Counted from the first letter of the stretch, positions 28,274 through 38,374 are shown. The stretch is 47,297 nucleotides of DNA from Acidimicrobiia bacterium (GCA_041576165.1 JBFGLM010000036.1:1-47297), one strand, 5' to 3'. Numbers and translations: made by a program. Notes: a model not told the origin generated them from the letters alone.

Positions 28274-29454
28274 CGTTCGGCCCCCTCGAGCTCGCGCACC
28301 GGCTCCGCCTGCGGCGCACGACCGGCGGCCGGCCAGGCGCGCTCGGGCACCAGCGCCATCGCCAGTGTCGCCAGGGAAGCCCAGAGGAACTTCCATACCA
28401 TCGACGAGTCGTTGAACAGGAACAAAGCCAGGAAAGTGACTGCGAAAACGGCCAGCGTCGCCACCCAGCGCTCGCGCAGTCGCAGATACACGCCCTCGCG
28501 GACCGCCAGCACCAGGACGATGAGCAGTCCGCCGATGAACAGCTGATTGAAGTCCTCGAAACCCGCACTGTTGAACCGGTCGGTGATCGTGAAGATGATG
28601 ACCGCGCCTACCACCGGACCCATCCAATGTCTGGTGCCGCCCAGGACGCTCATCAAGATCACGAACAGCGGAACCCGGATGTTGAACACGTCCTCCACGG
28701 TGATGAAGCCAATCTGCAATGCCCACACCCCGCCCATCAGCCCTGCGAAGAAAGCGTTGGCGCCGAGGGCCGTCATCTTGTAGCGGAAGACGGGCACCCC
28801 CAGGCCCCGGGCGACCTGCTCGTCGTCCCGAATCGCAAAGAGTCCCCAACCGAGCCGTGACTCGTAGATCAGATAGGCGGCGAGCAGCGTGGCCATCATG
28901 ATCACCAGCGACATGCGATACATCGCGGGGCGGAACTCGCCGAGAAACTCCGGGGTGGGGATCCCGGTCATGAACGCTCCCCGTCCCCCGTCGATCGCAG
29001 GGAAGATCCGCGCGAGGGAGGCCAGGACGAAGGCCACCGCCAACGTCGTAAGCGCAAATATCTCGCCGCCGAGCGAGCGCAGCCGGAACACGACGAAACC
29101 GAGCAGCAGCCCGGCAATCAGAGCTGCCACCCCCGCCAGCGGCAGCGCAGTGATGAAATCCCACCCCCGCTTGCCGGCGAGCACCCCGGTCGTGTACACG
29201 CCTACGCCGAACCACGCGCCCTGTCCGAACGAGAAATAACCCGAATAGCCCGTGAGCATGTTCCAACTCGACGCCTGCGTGATCCAGAAGAAGGCGGTGA
29301 ACATGAATGTGAGGTAGAAGCCCGGGAAATCAAATCGATCGGCGAGATGTGGCACCGCCAACAGCACCACGAACGTTGCGGCGAAGCCGTACAAGGCGCG
29401 CCGGCGGGATCTGACGGGGGCCTGGTTGACTCCTGCCTCAGGTGCGGCGGTCAT
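28270..29454 (-). CDS. livM: Branched-chain amino acid-type ABC transporter permease
   Basis: WNMLTGYSGYFSFGQ, SRLGWGLFAIRDDE, LGG...GPVVGA. Confidence 0.9.
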   Translation of the reverse strand: MTAAPEAGVNQAPVRSRRRALYGFAATFVVLLAVPHLADRFDFPGFYLTFMFTAFFWITQASSWNMLTGYSGYFSFGQGAWFGVGVYTTGVLAGKRGWDFITALPLAGVAALIAGLLLGFVVFRLRSLGGEIFALTTLAVAFVLASLARIFPAIDGGRGAFMTGIPTPEFLGEFRPAMYRMSLVIMMATLLAAYLIYESRLGWGLFAIRDDEQVARGLGVPVFRYKMTALGANAFFAGLMGGVWALQIGFITVEDVFNIRVPLFVILMSVLGGTRHWMGPVVGAVIIFTITDRFNSAGFEDFNQLFIGGLLIVLVLAVREGVYLRLRERWVATLAVFAVTFLALFLFNDSSMVWKFLWASLATLAMALVPERAWPAAGRAPQAEPVRELEGAER

Positions 29455-30344
29455 ACGGTGACCCCGCGAGTGAAAAGCCCCTGTGGCCTGAACAGCAACG
29501 CCAGCACCATTATCGAGAAGGTCACGAGCGCCGCGCTGAGCGGGCCCCACACCACCGTGGCCACGCCGGCTGCGACGCCGATGATGATCCCGGCCAGAAA
29601 GTTGCCGGTCGCGTTCCCGAGCCCGCCGAGAATCACCACCGGGAAAACGATCCCGAACCAGCCGACTGCCATGGTCGGGGACAGCGACTGAAACGTGGCG
29701 ATGAGCACCCCGGCCAGGCCGGAGTACGCTGTGGCGATACCGGCCAGGAGGACGCCGACACGCTTGCGGTCGATCCCGAATGCTTGCGCCGTGTCCCCAT
29801 CGTGAACGACAGCCCTCACTGCCTTGCCGAAGTAGGTGCGCGTCAGCAACCAGTGCGTTCCGAACGCAATCAGGCCGGCCGCCACGAACGCGATGACCAG
29901 GGGTATCTGGAAGGCGATGCCGCCAATCGAAACTGAGGCAGAAACGTAGGGACTTTGGGTCTGATCGAGAGTACGGAAATCGGCCGACCAGATACTGCGG
30001 GCAATGCTCTGCACGATGATGAACAGTCCGAATGTGATGATCAAAGACTTGAACTCATCGAGATTCGCCGCCTCGAAGAAGATCTGCAGCAGCGCTCCGA
30101 CCACGAACGCCGCCGGCGCGACAATGACAGCTGTGACGAGCGGATCCATCCCCGACGAGATAGTCAGCTGATACGTGAGGTAGGCCGCGACGAGAATGAC
30201 CGCAAAATGAGCCAGGTTGATGATGTCCAGGGCACCCCAGCTCAGCGATATGCCAAGCGACATCAGCGCATAGAGCCCTCCGATCAGAGCGCCCGACACA
30301 ATGGCCTGGATGAGGAGATCGGCTTCCACGTTCAGAAGGTACAC
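29451..30344 (-). CDS. livH: Branched-chain amino acid-type ABC transporter permease
   Basis: GGLYALMSLG, INLAH, TYFGKAVRAV, VILGGLG, FRPQGLF. Confidence 0.9.
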   Translation of the reverse strand: MYLLNVEADLLIQAIVSGALIGGLYALMSLGISLSWGALDIINLAHFAVILVAAYLTYQLTISSGMDPLVTAVIVAPAAFVVGALLQIFFEAANLDEFKSLIITFGLFIIVQSIARSIWSADFRTLDQTQSPYVSASVSIGGIAFQIPLVIAFVAAGLIAFGTHWLLTRTYFGKAVRAVVHDGDTAQAFGIDRKRVGVLLAGIATAYSGLAGVLIATFQSLSPTMAVGWFGIVFPVVILGGLGNATGNFLAGIIIGVAAGVATVVWGPLSAALVTFSIMVLALLFRPQGLFTRGVTV

Positions 30345-30349
30345 GGTCG

Positions 30350-30383
30350 GGACGGGAGGGACTTGCTGGGGTCCCTCCCGTCC
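30350..30383 (-). other. 13-bp perfect stem-loop between the binding-protein and permease genes
   Basis: GGACGGGAGGGAC (30350-30362) / GTCCCTCCCGTCC (30371-30383). This is the usual position for an mRNA-stabilising or attenuating hairpin in ABC importer operons. Confidence 0.7.
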
Positions 30384-30401
30384 TGATCCTGGGTGGCCGT
30401 T

Positions 30402-31730
30402 CTACAACTCAGGCACGGCGCCGGGGAGCGCCTTGTCCTCTGGATACACCACGACCCACTGACCGTCTTGGATCTGCTTCACCACGGACAAATCGCCGTA
30501 GTAATTCTGCTGATCGGGATCGAAGTCGATTGTCCCGATGATCGTCTCCACGGGGTTGTCGACCAGCCAGTCGCAGATGGCCTGCTGATCGAGGCTACCG
30601 GCCCCCTCGACGCCGGTGGTGAGGACCTGCCAGGCGGTCCATGACACCGCAGCTTGTACATCGAACGCCGTATACGGCAGTCCCTCCGCCGCGGCGGCGT
30701 CCGAGAACGCCTGCACGATCTCGGCCGCTTCCGGATCATCTGTATAGGGCGGATGACTCTCGAAGACGGTCACCGACATCGCGCCCTCAGAATTGGGGGC
30801 GCCGAGCATCGGACCCGGTGCGGGCCACTGGTAGAAATGGCCCCGAGGCTGATAACCGATCGCGTCGAGGGCGGTGAGCAGGTTCAGACCATCGACACCG
30901 ATGGCTCCCATGTAAATGAAGTCGGGATCAGCCTCCGCCACCTGGGCGGCGATCGGTGCCCAGTCGCTGGTGGCGGTCGGGAAACTCACCTCGAGGACAA
31001 CGTCCCAGCCGCGTTTCTCCGCCTCCGACACAGCTCCTCCAGCGTCGGAGTTGGGTGGGCCGTAACCGATGTACTGCGTACCAGGAAACTCATTGAGCAC
31101 GAAGCCGATCGTCTCCGGCGGACTGCCGGAGGCTTCCAGCGCGTCGTAGATGATGTTGGGATTCGAGATGTTCGTGGTGACCCCGGTGGGCCACGTCGGG
31201 AAATGGCATGCGTAGGTGTACGCATAGGTCAGCGATGCGGTGTGGTGCGGGAACACGTAGCCCTCGCGCTCGGCCACCGCCATGGCCGCCGTGATCGTGC
31301 CGGTTCCGTACGGCCCGAGTATCAGATCTACGTTCTCCTCGGTTATCAACCGTTCGTAGATGGCGGCAGCCTGGTCGGGGACGGACTCGTCGTCGCGTAC
31401 ATCCCACACCACCGGACGTCCGAGCAATCCACCGTTCGCATTCAAACGCTCGACGAACAAGTCACCCGCGATCTTGTGGATAGCGGCCGTCGGTGCCAGG
31501 AAGCCCGTCAGCGCCAGCGACCCCCCGACAACGATCGGGTCATCGCTCGCCGGCTCATCGGCTGCGGCGGCCGTTGTTTCGGGAGCATCCGCCGCCGACG
31601 TCGGCGTCTCCGCAGCAACCTCGGTCGTAGCGGTATCACCATCGGAATCGTCATCTCCGCTGCCACAGGCGGCCGCCAGTAAGGCGAATGAGGTGAGGAT
31701 CACGAGAAACCGCACGTACGTCTCAGACAT
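30402..31730 (-). CDS. Liv-type ABC transporter substrate-binding lipoprotein
   Basis: Lipobox AAAC, acidic linker, NANGGLLGRPV, DDES, LILGPYGT. RBS GGAGGAGG. Confidence 0.88.
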   Translation of the reverse strand: MSETYVRFLVILTSFALLAAACGSGDDDSDGDTATTEVAAETPTSAADAPETTAAAADEPASDDPIVVGGSLALTGFLAPTAAIHKIAGDLFVERLNANGGLLGRPVVWDVRDDESVPDQAAAIYERLITEENVDLILGPYGTGTITAAMAVAEREGYVFPHHTASLTYAYTYACHFPTWPTGVTTNISNPNIIYDALEASGSPPETIGFVLNEFPGTQYIGYGPPNSDAGGAVSEAEKRGWDVVLEVSFPTATSDWAPIAAQVAEADPDFIYMGAIGVDGLNLLTALDAIGYQPRGHFYQWPAPGPMLGAPNSEGAMSVTVFESHPPYTDDPEAAEIVQAFSDAAAAEGLPYTAFDVQAAVSWTAWQVLTTGVEGAGSLDQQAICDWLVDNPVETIIGTIDFDPDQQNYYGDLSVVKQIQDGQWVVVYPEDKALPGAVPEL

Positions 31731-31774
31731 ATCGGTGCCTCCTCCGTATGGTCACTCGGCGGGAGCGACCGTCT

Positions 31775-31819
31775 GCGATTGTCGCACGGCGGTGGGTTGC
31801 CAACAAACGATTGCACAAC
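31775..31819. promoter_or_regulatory. Possible operator region upstream of the ABC operon
   Basis: Related imperfect sites TTGTCGCAC, TTGCCAACAA and TTGCACAAC, reminiscent of GntR/FadR-type boxes. No cognate regulator in the window. Confidence 0.3.
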
Positions 31820-31885
31820 TCCACCTTCGGTTTGCCGGTGCTGAGAGCGCCGGCCCCAGCCGGCGCCCGGCTGTATGCCGACGGC

Positions 31886-32311
31886 CTAGCCAATGGCGGC
31901 GACTGCCCGCAGCTCGAGCACCAGGCGCGGATCCGTGGCCAGACGCACGACTTCTACCGTCGTGCTGGCGGGGCGATGATGACCAAATGCCCGACCTAGG
32001 ACCTGGTTGATGGCGTCCTGGTTCCGGGCGACATCCTTGATGTAGCGCGTGATTTCTACGATGTCGTGCAGGGTTCCACCGGCCGCGGCGAGGATGCCTT
32101 GGAGTGCCTCGACCGCCATGCGCGCCTGATCTGCGGGATCGAGTGGGATATCGTCGAACTCCTCGGCAATATGGGGATGTGAGTGATACACCGGTGCGGC
32201 AGTGACCCCAGCCAGGAACACGATCGATCCAGAGGTGACCTTGATCGCCGGCGCGTACGGCATGTTGAAACGCGCATCGTTCTCCGCAGTGTGAATGACC
32301 TCGAAAGCCAT
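31886..32311 (-). CDS. Rid (YjgF/YER057c/UK114) family protein lacking the catalytic Arg
   Basis: PYAPAIKV, VFLAG, DQAR, AAGGTLHDIV, RPASTTVEV, LEL.A.A. RBS GGAGGAG. Confidence 0.85.
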   Translation of the reverse strand: MAFEVIHTAENDARFNMPYAPAIKVTSGSIVFLAGVTAAPVYHSHPHIAEEFDDIPLDPADQARMAVEALQGILAAAGGTLHDIVEITRYIKDVARNQDAINQVLGRAFGHHRPASTTVEVVRLATDPRLVLELRAVAAIG

Positions 32312-32397
32312 GGCTCGCTCCTCCCTCACGGCCCAGCGGCTGATGTTACGTTCAGCCGGACTCGCCCCTGCGGGTGCCCCTAGCAAGGAGCCCAGAC

Positions 32398-33987
32398 ATG
32401 AAGGTGCAACCCCACCGATTGCTCACCAACGGCAAGATCTGGACCGGCGTCGAGTTCGTCGAAGCGCTGGCGTTCAGCGGGGGCCGAGTGGTCGGCGCCG
32501 GATCACACCAGGACGCTCGGGACCAGGTGCCCGGCTCGCCCGAGGTGATTGATCTCGAAGGCCGGACGGCCATTCCCGGACTGATCGACTCACACATCCA
32601 TTTTGTCAGGGCGGCACTGACCTGGAAGGACATCGTTCGCTGGGACGGCGTGTCCAGCCTGGCGGACGGACTGCACCGCATCCGCTCGGCGGCGTCAGCT
32701 AGCCCGCCTGGAACGTGGCTCCGGGTCGTCGGGGGTTGGCATCCGGGTCACTTTCAGGAAGGCCGGGGGCCGTCGGCCGCAGAGCTGAACGAGGCTGCGC
32801 CCGAGAACCCGGTCTACGTGCAGCTGCTGTACGAGAACGCAATCCTCAACGATGCCGCCGCTGCCTACTTACCCGAAGCCGATCCGCCCGGTGGCACCAT
32901 CGAGCGGCATCGCGATGGCAGCCCCACCGGCAGGATCTTCGGTCCAGCCGCCTTCGCAGCCATTCTGTCCCAAATCCCGGCGCCCAACCGGGCCGCTCAG
33001 CTCGCCTCGACCAAGGCTCTCGCGGCGGAACTCAACTCGCTCGGTATCACCGGCGTGACGGACCCAGGTGGATTCGGCGTCACGCCTGATACGTATGCCG
33101 CGCTGTTCGACGTCTGGCGGGAAGAGGAGCTGACCGTGCGAACCCGCCTCTATCTAGTACCGGCCGGACGCGGGACCGAGGTGGAAGACGCTCGCCAGTG
33201 GGTGAAATACGTCCAGCCGGGTTTTGGGGACGACATGCTGCGCTACACGGGCTTCGGCGAAGTCCTTTCGTTCGGCTGCCATGACATGGAAGGGGTTCGA
33301 CCGTGGACCATGGCCGACTCAGCCAAGGCGGACCTCCATGAGATCAGCCTCATCCTGGCCCGGGCCGGCTGGCCGATGCACATCCACGCCATTTTCGATG
33401 CGACCATCTCGCACATCCTCGACGTGTGGGAGGCCATCGACGCTGAGATCGGGCTGCCGCGTACGTCGCTGGCGCATGCTGAGCCAATCAGCCGACTCAG
33501 CCTCGAGCGAGTAAAGGCGCTGGGCACCGGAATTGCCATCCAGGATCGGATGGTCTGGCGCATGGCGGACTCCGCAGCCCTCTGGGGTGATGAGGTCGCA
33601 TCCAACGCCCCGCCGCTCCGTGACATCCTGGACCTCGGCATCCCTCTCGGTGCCGGGACAGATGCCACGGTCGTTGCCGAGATCGATCCATGGCGGTCGA
33701 TCTGGTGGCTGGTCACCGGAGAGTCGGTCGACGGCGCGCCACCACGCACGGAGCGGCACCGTCTCACCGTAAAAGAGGCGTTGACGGCCTACACCGCCGG
33801 TTCAGCCTGGTTCTCACTCGACGAGGGAGAACGAGGCACCCTGACGCCGGGCATGGCGGCTGATGTCGCGGTGTTGACCGGCGACGTGTTCGGTGCGGTG
33901 GACAACCTCGCCTCGGTCGCTGCTGATCTCACACTGGTAGGCGGCAACGTTGTGCACGCCGGCGGGCCGTTCGCCGGCCTCGTCTGA
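32398..33987 (+). CDS. Amidohydrolase 3 (YtcJ-like), 529 aa
   Basis: NGKIWT, IDLEGRTAIPGLIDSHIH, HIHAI, AHAE, GAGTDA, ALTAYTAGSAW, GTLTPGMAAD. RBS AAGGAG. Confidence 0.9.
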   Translation: MKVQPHRLLTNGKIWTGVEFVEALAFSGGRVVGAGSHQDARDQVPGSPEVIDLEGRTAIPGLIDSHIHFVRAALTWKDIVRWDGVSSLADGLHRIRSAASASPPGTWLRVVGGWHPGHFQEGRGPSAAELNEAAPENPVYVQLLYENAILNDAAAAYLPEADPPGGTIERHRDGSPTGRIFGPAAFAAILSQIPAPNRAAQLASTKALAAELNSLGITGVTDPGGFGVTPDTYAALFDVWREEELTVRTRLYLVPAGRGTEVEDARQWVKYVQPGFGDDMLRYTGFGEVLSFGCHDMEGVRPWTMADSAKADLHEISLILARAGWPMHIHAIFDATISHILDVWEAIDAEIGLPRTSLAHAEPISRLSLERVKALGTGIAIQDRMVWRMADSAALWGDEVASNAPPLRDILDLGIPLGAGTDATVVAEIDPWRSIWWLVTGESVDGAPPRTERHRLTVKEALTAYTAGSAWFSLDEGERGTLTPGMAADVAVLTGDVFGAVDNLASVAADLTLVGGNVVHAGGPFAGLV

Positions 33988-34007
33988 CCCGGTACCCGGC
34001 CACTCGT

Positions 34008-34194
34008 TTACCTCCTCCGGAGAGGGAGGTGCACCGCAGGGGCGGAGGGGGCGTTTTGTTTCGGAACGTGGCGTCGCTGACCCTCCGCGCAGAGGAAACC
34101 GTGAAGGGCGCGTCGGTGCATCGCGCCGGACCGCGCTCCCCCTCCGACTTCGGCTCCTACCGTCGCCGAACCCACCTCCCCGCTGGGGAGGAAA
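34008..34194. repeat. Composite inverted-repeat element (REP/REPIN- or MITE-like) between convergent genes
   Basis: Outer arms CCTCC/GGAGG and GGGAGGTG (34024-34031)/CACCTCCC (34173-34180). Inner arms CGGAGGGGG/CCCCCTCCG. Each end also forms its own hairpin. Confidence 0.55.
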
Positions 34195-34209
34195 CCCTGC
34201 CGACGCTGA

Positions 34210-35100
34210 TCAACTCTCCAGCTTTTCCGTGAGGTATTGCCAGTCACGTGTGAATCGGTAGGAGTGACGAGCCGGCGGAGCCGGTGCCTGGGTTTCGAGC
34301 CAGCGGACGATGCCGTCGCCCACGTTGGTGAAGGAGTGGACGCAGCCAACTCCTGCCCACGCGATGTCGCCCGGTTCGAGCCGGTACGCCGCACCGTCGA
34401 ACATTGCCTCCACGTCACCTTCCAGGATCAAGTACGCCTCTTCGAGCGGATGGTCATGGGCGCCCGCCAGCCCGTTGGGTTCGTACTGGACCATGAACAT
34501 GGTCGACAGCTGAGCTCCCAGGTCCGAGTCGACCATCATCTTGACCGTGATGCCGCTGTAGACGAGCAGCGCCGTGCGCATGCTGGCCGACACAGCCAGC
34601 ATGTCCTGTGTCTGCTTCGTCGGGTCCATGTTCGCCGCATCGATATGACCGAACGAGAGATTGCGTGGGTCGCGAGTGTCAACCGGCCGCGGGTCGCCGG
34701 CGCGTACGGGTTCTGTGAAATACGTGTCGTTGCCGAACCGTTCGCGCGGCATGGGCGCCAGCATGTCCGCCCACCGGGCCGCCGTGTCACCGATGTTCCG
34801 CCAGGAGTGGGCTCCGCCGACCGGGACCACGCCGTAGTCGCCCGGTCCCAGCAGCACGGATCCCTCCGTCGTGTCGATCACGACCGCGCCTTCCAAGATG
34901 TAGAAGCTCTCCTCGAAGGAGTGGACGTGAGTGTCGATGCTTCCGCCGGGCTCGAGCACACTGATACCGAAGCCCATCTGGACCGAACCTCCGGCCTCGT
35001 CTACGGCGGCAGCCCTCGTGAGACCCCTCGAACGCCCTTCATACTCGGCAGGTGTCCGATAATCGCGCTCGGCCGCTCGTTGCACGATGTGATGTGACAT
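34210..35100 (-). CDS. Bicupin protein
   Basis: Two cupin motifs: HVHSFEESFYILEG...HSW and HDHPLEEAYLILEG...HSF. RBS AGGAGG. Confidence 0.88.
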   Translation of the reverse strand: MSHHIVQRAAERDYRTPAEYEGRSRGLTRAAAVDEAGGSVQMGFGISVLEPGGSIDTHVHSFEESFYILEGAVVIDTTEGSVLLGPGDYGVVPVGGAHSWRNIGDTAARWADMLAPMPRERFGNDTYFTEPVRAGDPRPVDTRDPRNLSFGHIDAANMDPTKQTQDMLAVSASMRTALLVYSGITVKMMVDSDLGAQLSTMFMVQYEPNGLAGAHDHPLEEAYLILEGDVEAMFDGAAYRLEPGDIAWAGVGCVHSFTNVGDGIVRWLETQAPAPPARHSYRFTRDWQYLTEKLES

Positions 35101-35137
35101 AGGCCTCCTTCTTGGTCATGGATCATGGGCCGGACGG

Positions 35138-36031
35138 TCAGCCGCTGGACTGGGCACCTTCACGCAATTGGACGGCGAGCGCACTCATGTCCCTGTCGCC
35201 AAGGCCGGTGGCGATGGCGCGTCGGGTCAGATCGAGGGCGGCATTGGCCATGGGCATTTCGACCCCAACCCGCGAGCCGAGACCGGTGATCAACTCCAGA
35301 TCCTTGGCGACGAGGCTCAAACTGAAGGCCACTGGTGCTTCGTCAGGATTCTCGTACGCCGCTCGCTTGTAGTGCACAAAGGGAGCACCGCCCGCCCCAG
35401 CTGCGAATACTTCGTACGCCGTGCTGCGATCGACGCCTGCTCTCTCGGCCAGGACGAGGGCTTCGGCCAGGGCGCCGTTGATGCCGTGCACAAGTGCATT
35501 GACGGCGAGCTTGGTAGTGGCGCCTGATCCTCTCGGGCCGACGTGGAACACCTTGGCTGCCAGCGCATCGAGCACAGGCCCGGCCGGCTCGAGCGCGGCT
35601 TCGTTCCCACCGGCCATGATCGTCAGCGCCCCCTGTTCGACCAGCTGAACGGAGCCCGACACCGGGGCATCGATCAACTCGCCTCCCGCTGCGTCCACCA
35701 GCCGGCCGATCTCGACTACCACCGCCGGATCGATAGTGCTCATCTCCAGGACTATCTGACCAGGACGTAGGCCGGCCGCAACGCCGTCGTCTCCCCCAAA
35801 CACAGCGCGGACCGCGGCGTCATCGGCCAGACTCGAGATGACAATGTCGGCGGCAGCGACTGCTTCCCGAGGACTCGCTGCCACCGTTGCGCCCAATCGG
35901 TCGGCGACATCTTCTGCAGTCCGGCGGGTGCGGTTGTAAAGAACGAGCGGGAAGCCTGCCCGAGCCAGAGTGCCCCCCACCGCAGCACCCATCCGTCCCA
36001 GTCCGAGCACCGCAACCGTCAGCTGACCCAT
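35138..36031 (-). CDS. Beta-hydroxyacid dehydrogenase (HIBADH/6PGDH family)
   Basis: GLGRMG, YNRT, EMST, DAPVSGS, KLAVN, KDL. Confidence 0.88.
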   Translation of the reverse strand: MGQLTVAVLGLGRMGAAVGGTLARAGFPLVLYNRTRRTAEDVADRLGATVAASPREAVAAADIVISSLADDAAVRAVFGGDDGVAAGLRPGQIVLEMSTIDPAVVVEIGRLVDAAGGELIDAPVSGSVQLVEQGALTIMAGGNEAALEPAGPVLDALAAKVFHVGPRGSGATTKLAVNALVHGINGALAEALVLAERAGVDRSTAYEVFAAGAGGAPFVHYKRAAYENPDEAPVAFSLSLVAKDLELITGLGSRVGVEMPMANAALDLTRRAIATGLGDRDMSALAVQLREGAQSSG

Positions 36032-36170
36032 GACTCGCGCCTCCCCCACCGGATACCGGCGTGTCGAAATGCGGCCGCGGCGCAAACTAGCGTCCGCCGC
36101 ACCGACACGTCGACTGAGGACACAATGCCCACCCATCGGCGGCCAGAAGAGGATTCGGGCTGGCGGTCGC

Positions 36171-36881
36171 TCAGGCGACGACCACCGATATCGACTCGAA
36201 GGGCTCCAGTACAAAGCTGAACTGTGTGCCGTCGGTCACCGGGATCGGCGGAATCACCGAGCCGGTGATGATGACATCACCTTTCCGGAGGCGCTCACCT
36301 TGTGAGGCCAGCGTGGTGGCAACGGTCGAAACGATATCGGGATAGCGCCCGGTAATCGCTTCGAGGTCGGTCGTCGAATGCCGCTCGGCGCCGTCAACCG
36401 AGATGCGAGCGGTCAGACCGGAGATGTCGATTCCCGCCCGTCCACTATCGGCTGTGCCCAGCACAACACCTCGGTGGAATATGTTGCCGGCGACGATCTG
36501 GCTGACCCCCTCGGGTCTGATGGGCATGTCGATGTTGGCCAGTTCAATCGCCGGTCCTATCGCCGAGACGGCCGACCGTGCTGCATCCTCTCCAGCGTAA
36601 GGCCCGAGGTCCGATCCCAAATACACGGCGACCTCGAACTCGACGATGCCCCGCTCCCAGGCCGATGCTGCAACTGTTGCGCCGGACGGCAGCAGGCTTG
36701 CGTCGGTGAGAAAACCCAGCAGCGGCGCGCTGATCTGCATGAGTTCGAGCGAACCCGGCGCCCCAAATCCAACCTTCCATCCAATCGGCGCGGCCCCAGA
36801 GTGGAGCAGAGCGCGTCGCCGCGCCAGCAACTCGGCCAGGCCCGCCCGGACGCGAGGGTCGTCCCAAGGTCCGCCCGTCAC
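36171..36881 (-). CDS. FAH-superfamily protein (2-keto-4-pentenoate hydratase-like)
   Basis: GWKVG, EFEVAV, PAIEL, GDVIITGS. GTG 36881 overlaps the upstream stop. Confidence 0.8.
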   Translation of the reverse strand: MTGGPWDDPRVRAGLAELLARRRALLHSGAAPIGWKVGFGAPGSLELMQISAPLLGFLTDASLLPSGATVAASAWERGIVEFEVAVYLGSDLGPYAGEDAARSAVSAIGPAIELANIDMPIRPEGVSQIVAGNIFHRGVVLGTADSGRAGIDISGLTARISVDGAERHSTTDLEAITGRYPDIVSTVATTLASQGERLRKGDVIITGSVIPPIPVTDGTQFSFVLEPFESISVVVA

Positions 36882-37276
36882 AGCTCGCCGACCTCGTAGC
36901 CTGAGTCCTCCAACGACCCGCAGCCGCTCCAGCCCCATACCAATACGACATCGGTGGTGCCGGTGTTGTCGAAGCCGTGCCAGTTCCCGCGCGGGGTCCA
37001 CACAACATCCCCAGCTGATGCGTCCTCTGTGCCCTCGTTGGTGTAGATCTGGCCGGACCCTTCCAGGACGATGAAGAACTCATCGGCGTTTCGATGCAGG
37101 TGTCGGTCGTGCCGGGCACCGGGCGGCAGCACCGTCCAGCCGAGGAGAAAATCGTCGCTACCGGCGCGGGCCTGGTCGATGAGGAACTGGACCCGCATGT
37201 CGACCCAGCCCTCGTCTTCGCGGAGTCCACCGGCGTGCGGCACGTTGGACAGGTTGGTGCGAAACGGCCCGGTCAC
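36878..37276 (-). CDS. Cupin domain protein
   Basis: HDRHLHRNADEFFIVLEG...GDVVWTPRGNWHGFDN. Confidence 0.85.
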   Translation of the reverse strand: MTGPFRTNLSNVPHAGGLREDEGWVDMRVQFLIDQARAGSDDFLLGWTVLPPGARHDRHLHRNADEFFIVLEGSGQIYTNEGTEDASAGDVVWTPRGNWHGFDNTGTTDVVLVWGWSGCGSLEDSGYEVGEL

Positions 37277-38154
37277 CGTGTGCCTCCTGACAGCATGTGA
37301 TACACATCGAATACGGTCACGAAGTCGCGATGGTCGATCCCCAGCCCCCGACAGGCGTTGAGCAGTTCGTTGGCCACCGCGCCCAGCGGTGCGGCTGAGC
37401 CCTGACGGCGGGCCACTTCCAGCGCCAGCACCATGTCTTTTTGCTGCAGTGTCACGTCGGCCAGTGGTTTGTCGGGCATCTCGAGGATGAAAGGGCCCCG
37501 GTAGCCCATCACAGGCGACGCGACCACGCTCTTGAGCATCGCATCGACGGCTACCGCACGATCGACTCCACCCTTCTCGGCCAGCGCCACCGATTCGCAG
37601 AACGCCACCATCTCGACGATGAGTGTCAGGTTGATGGCTACTTTCATTTGTACTGCGGTCCCTGCGAGCCCGATGTAGCTGACCTTGGAGCCGATGGCGG
37701 ACAGTACGGGCTCAACTCGCCTGTAAGCAGCCGGATCGCCTCCCACCATGGTCGACGCCGAGCCTTGCGCAACGGTGATGGGACTGCCCGACAGCGGGGC
37801 GTCAAGCATCGTCAGCCCGCGTTCAGTGAACGCATGCGCAATTGACCGGCTGACGTCGGGGTCGATCGTGCTCATGTCGAGATAGATTCCGTCCGACCCG
37901 AGGCCGGCGATCACACCATCATCGCCCAGTGCGACAGCCTGAACCGCGGCAGCGTCGGTGACCATAGAAAAGACGAAATCCGACGCCGCGCCGACCTCCC
38001 GGGGTGAGTCCGCCCAAGCCATTCCCTGCTCTACGAGCGCATCTGCCTTCGATGGCGTTCGGTTCCATCCAGTGACGTCGTGACCGGCCGATAACAACCG
38101 TGGCACGATGACTTGGCCCATGTCCCCGAGGCCAATCCATCCCACCCGCATCAC
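37273..38154 (-). CDS. Beta-hydroxyacid dehydrogenase (HIBADH/6PGDH family)
   Basis: GLGDMG, WNRT, DMST, DAPLSGS, MKVAIN, KDM. Confidence 0.88.
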   Translation of the reverse strand: MMRVGWIGLGDMGQVIVPRLLSAGHDVTGWNRTPSKADALVEQGMAWADSPREVGAASDFVFSMVTDAAAVQAVALGDDGVIAGLGSDGIYLDMSTIDPDVSRSIAHAFTERGLTMLDAPLSGSPITVAQGSASTMVGGDPAAYRRVEPVLSAIGSKVSYIGLAGTAVQMKVAINLTLIVEMVAFCESVALAEKGGVDRAVAVDAMLKSVVASPVMGYRGPFILEMPDKPLADVTLQQKDMVLALEVARRQGSAAPLGAVANELLNACRGLGIDHRDFVTVFDVYHMLSGGTR

Positions 38155-38374
38155 CGGGCCTCCTCCCAGAGCTGTTGATTCTTCCGCACGCTACCGGATG
38201 GGCCGTGGACTGGGCACGCCACGAGGCCTGACGTCAATACCGGCAAACTCGTCAGCTTTCGACACCGATCACACTGCGCCCCCGGCCGACGGGTACCGGG
38301 GGGTCTCACCGGCGCCCGCCGACGGCTTGCGCGGTCCCGGGGTGCAGCAGTACTCGCCACCTACCATGCTTGGC

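Noticed and set aside
36060-36109. Hairpin CGTGTCG/CGACACG inside the cupin-dehydrogenase operon
   Set aside because: Imperfect and GC-rich, with no recognisable RNA family. Could be chance or a generic stability element.
38277-38326. Short direct repeat GCCGACGG in a divergent intergenic region
   Set aside because: Too short and GC-rich to separate from background.
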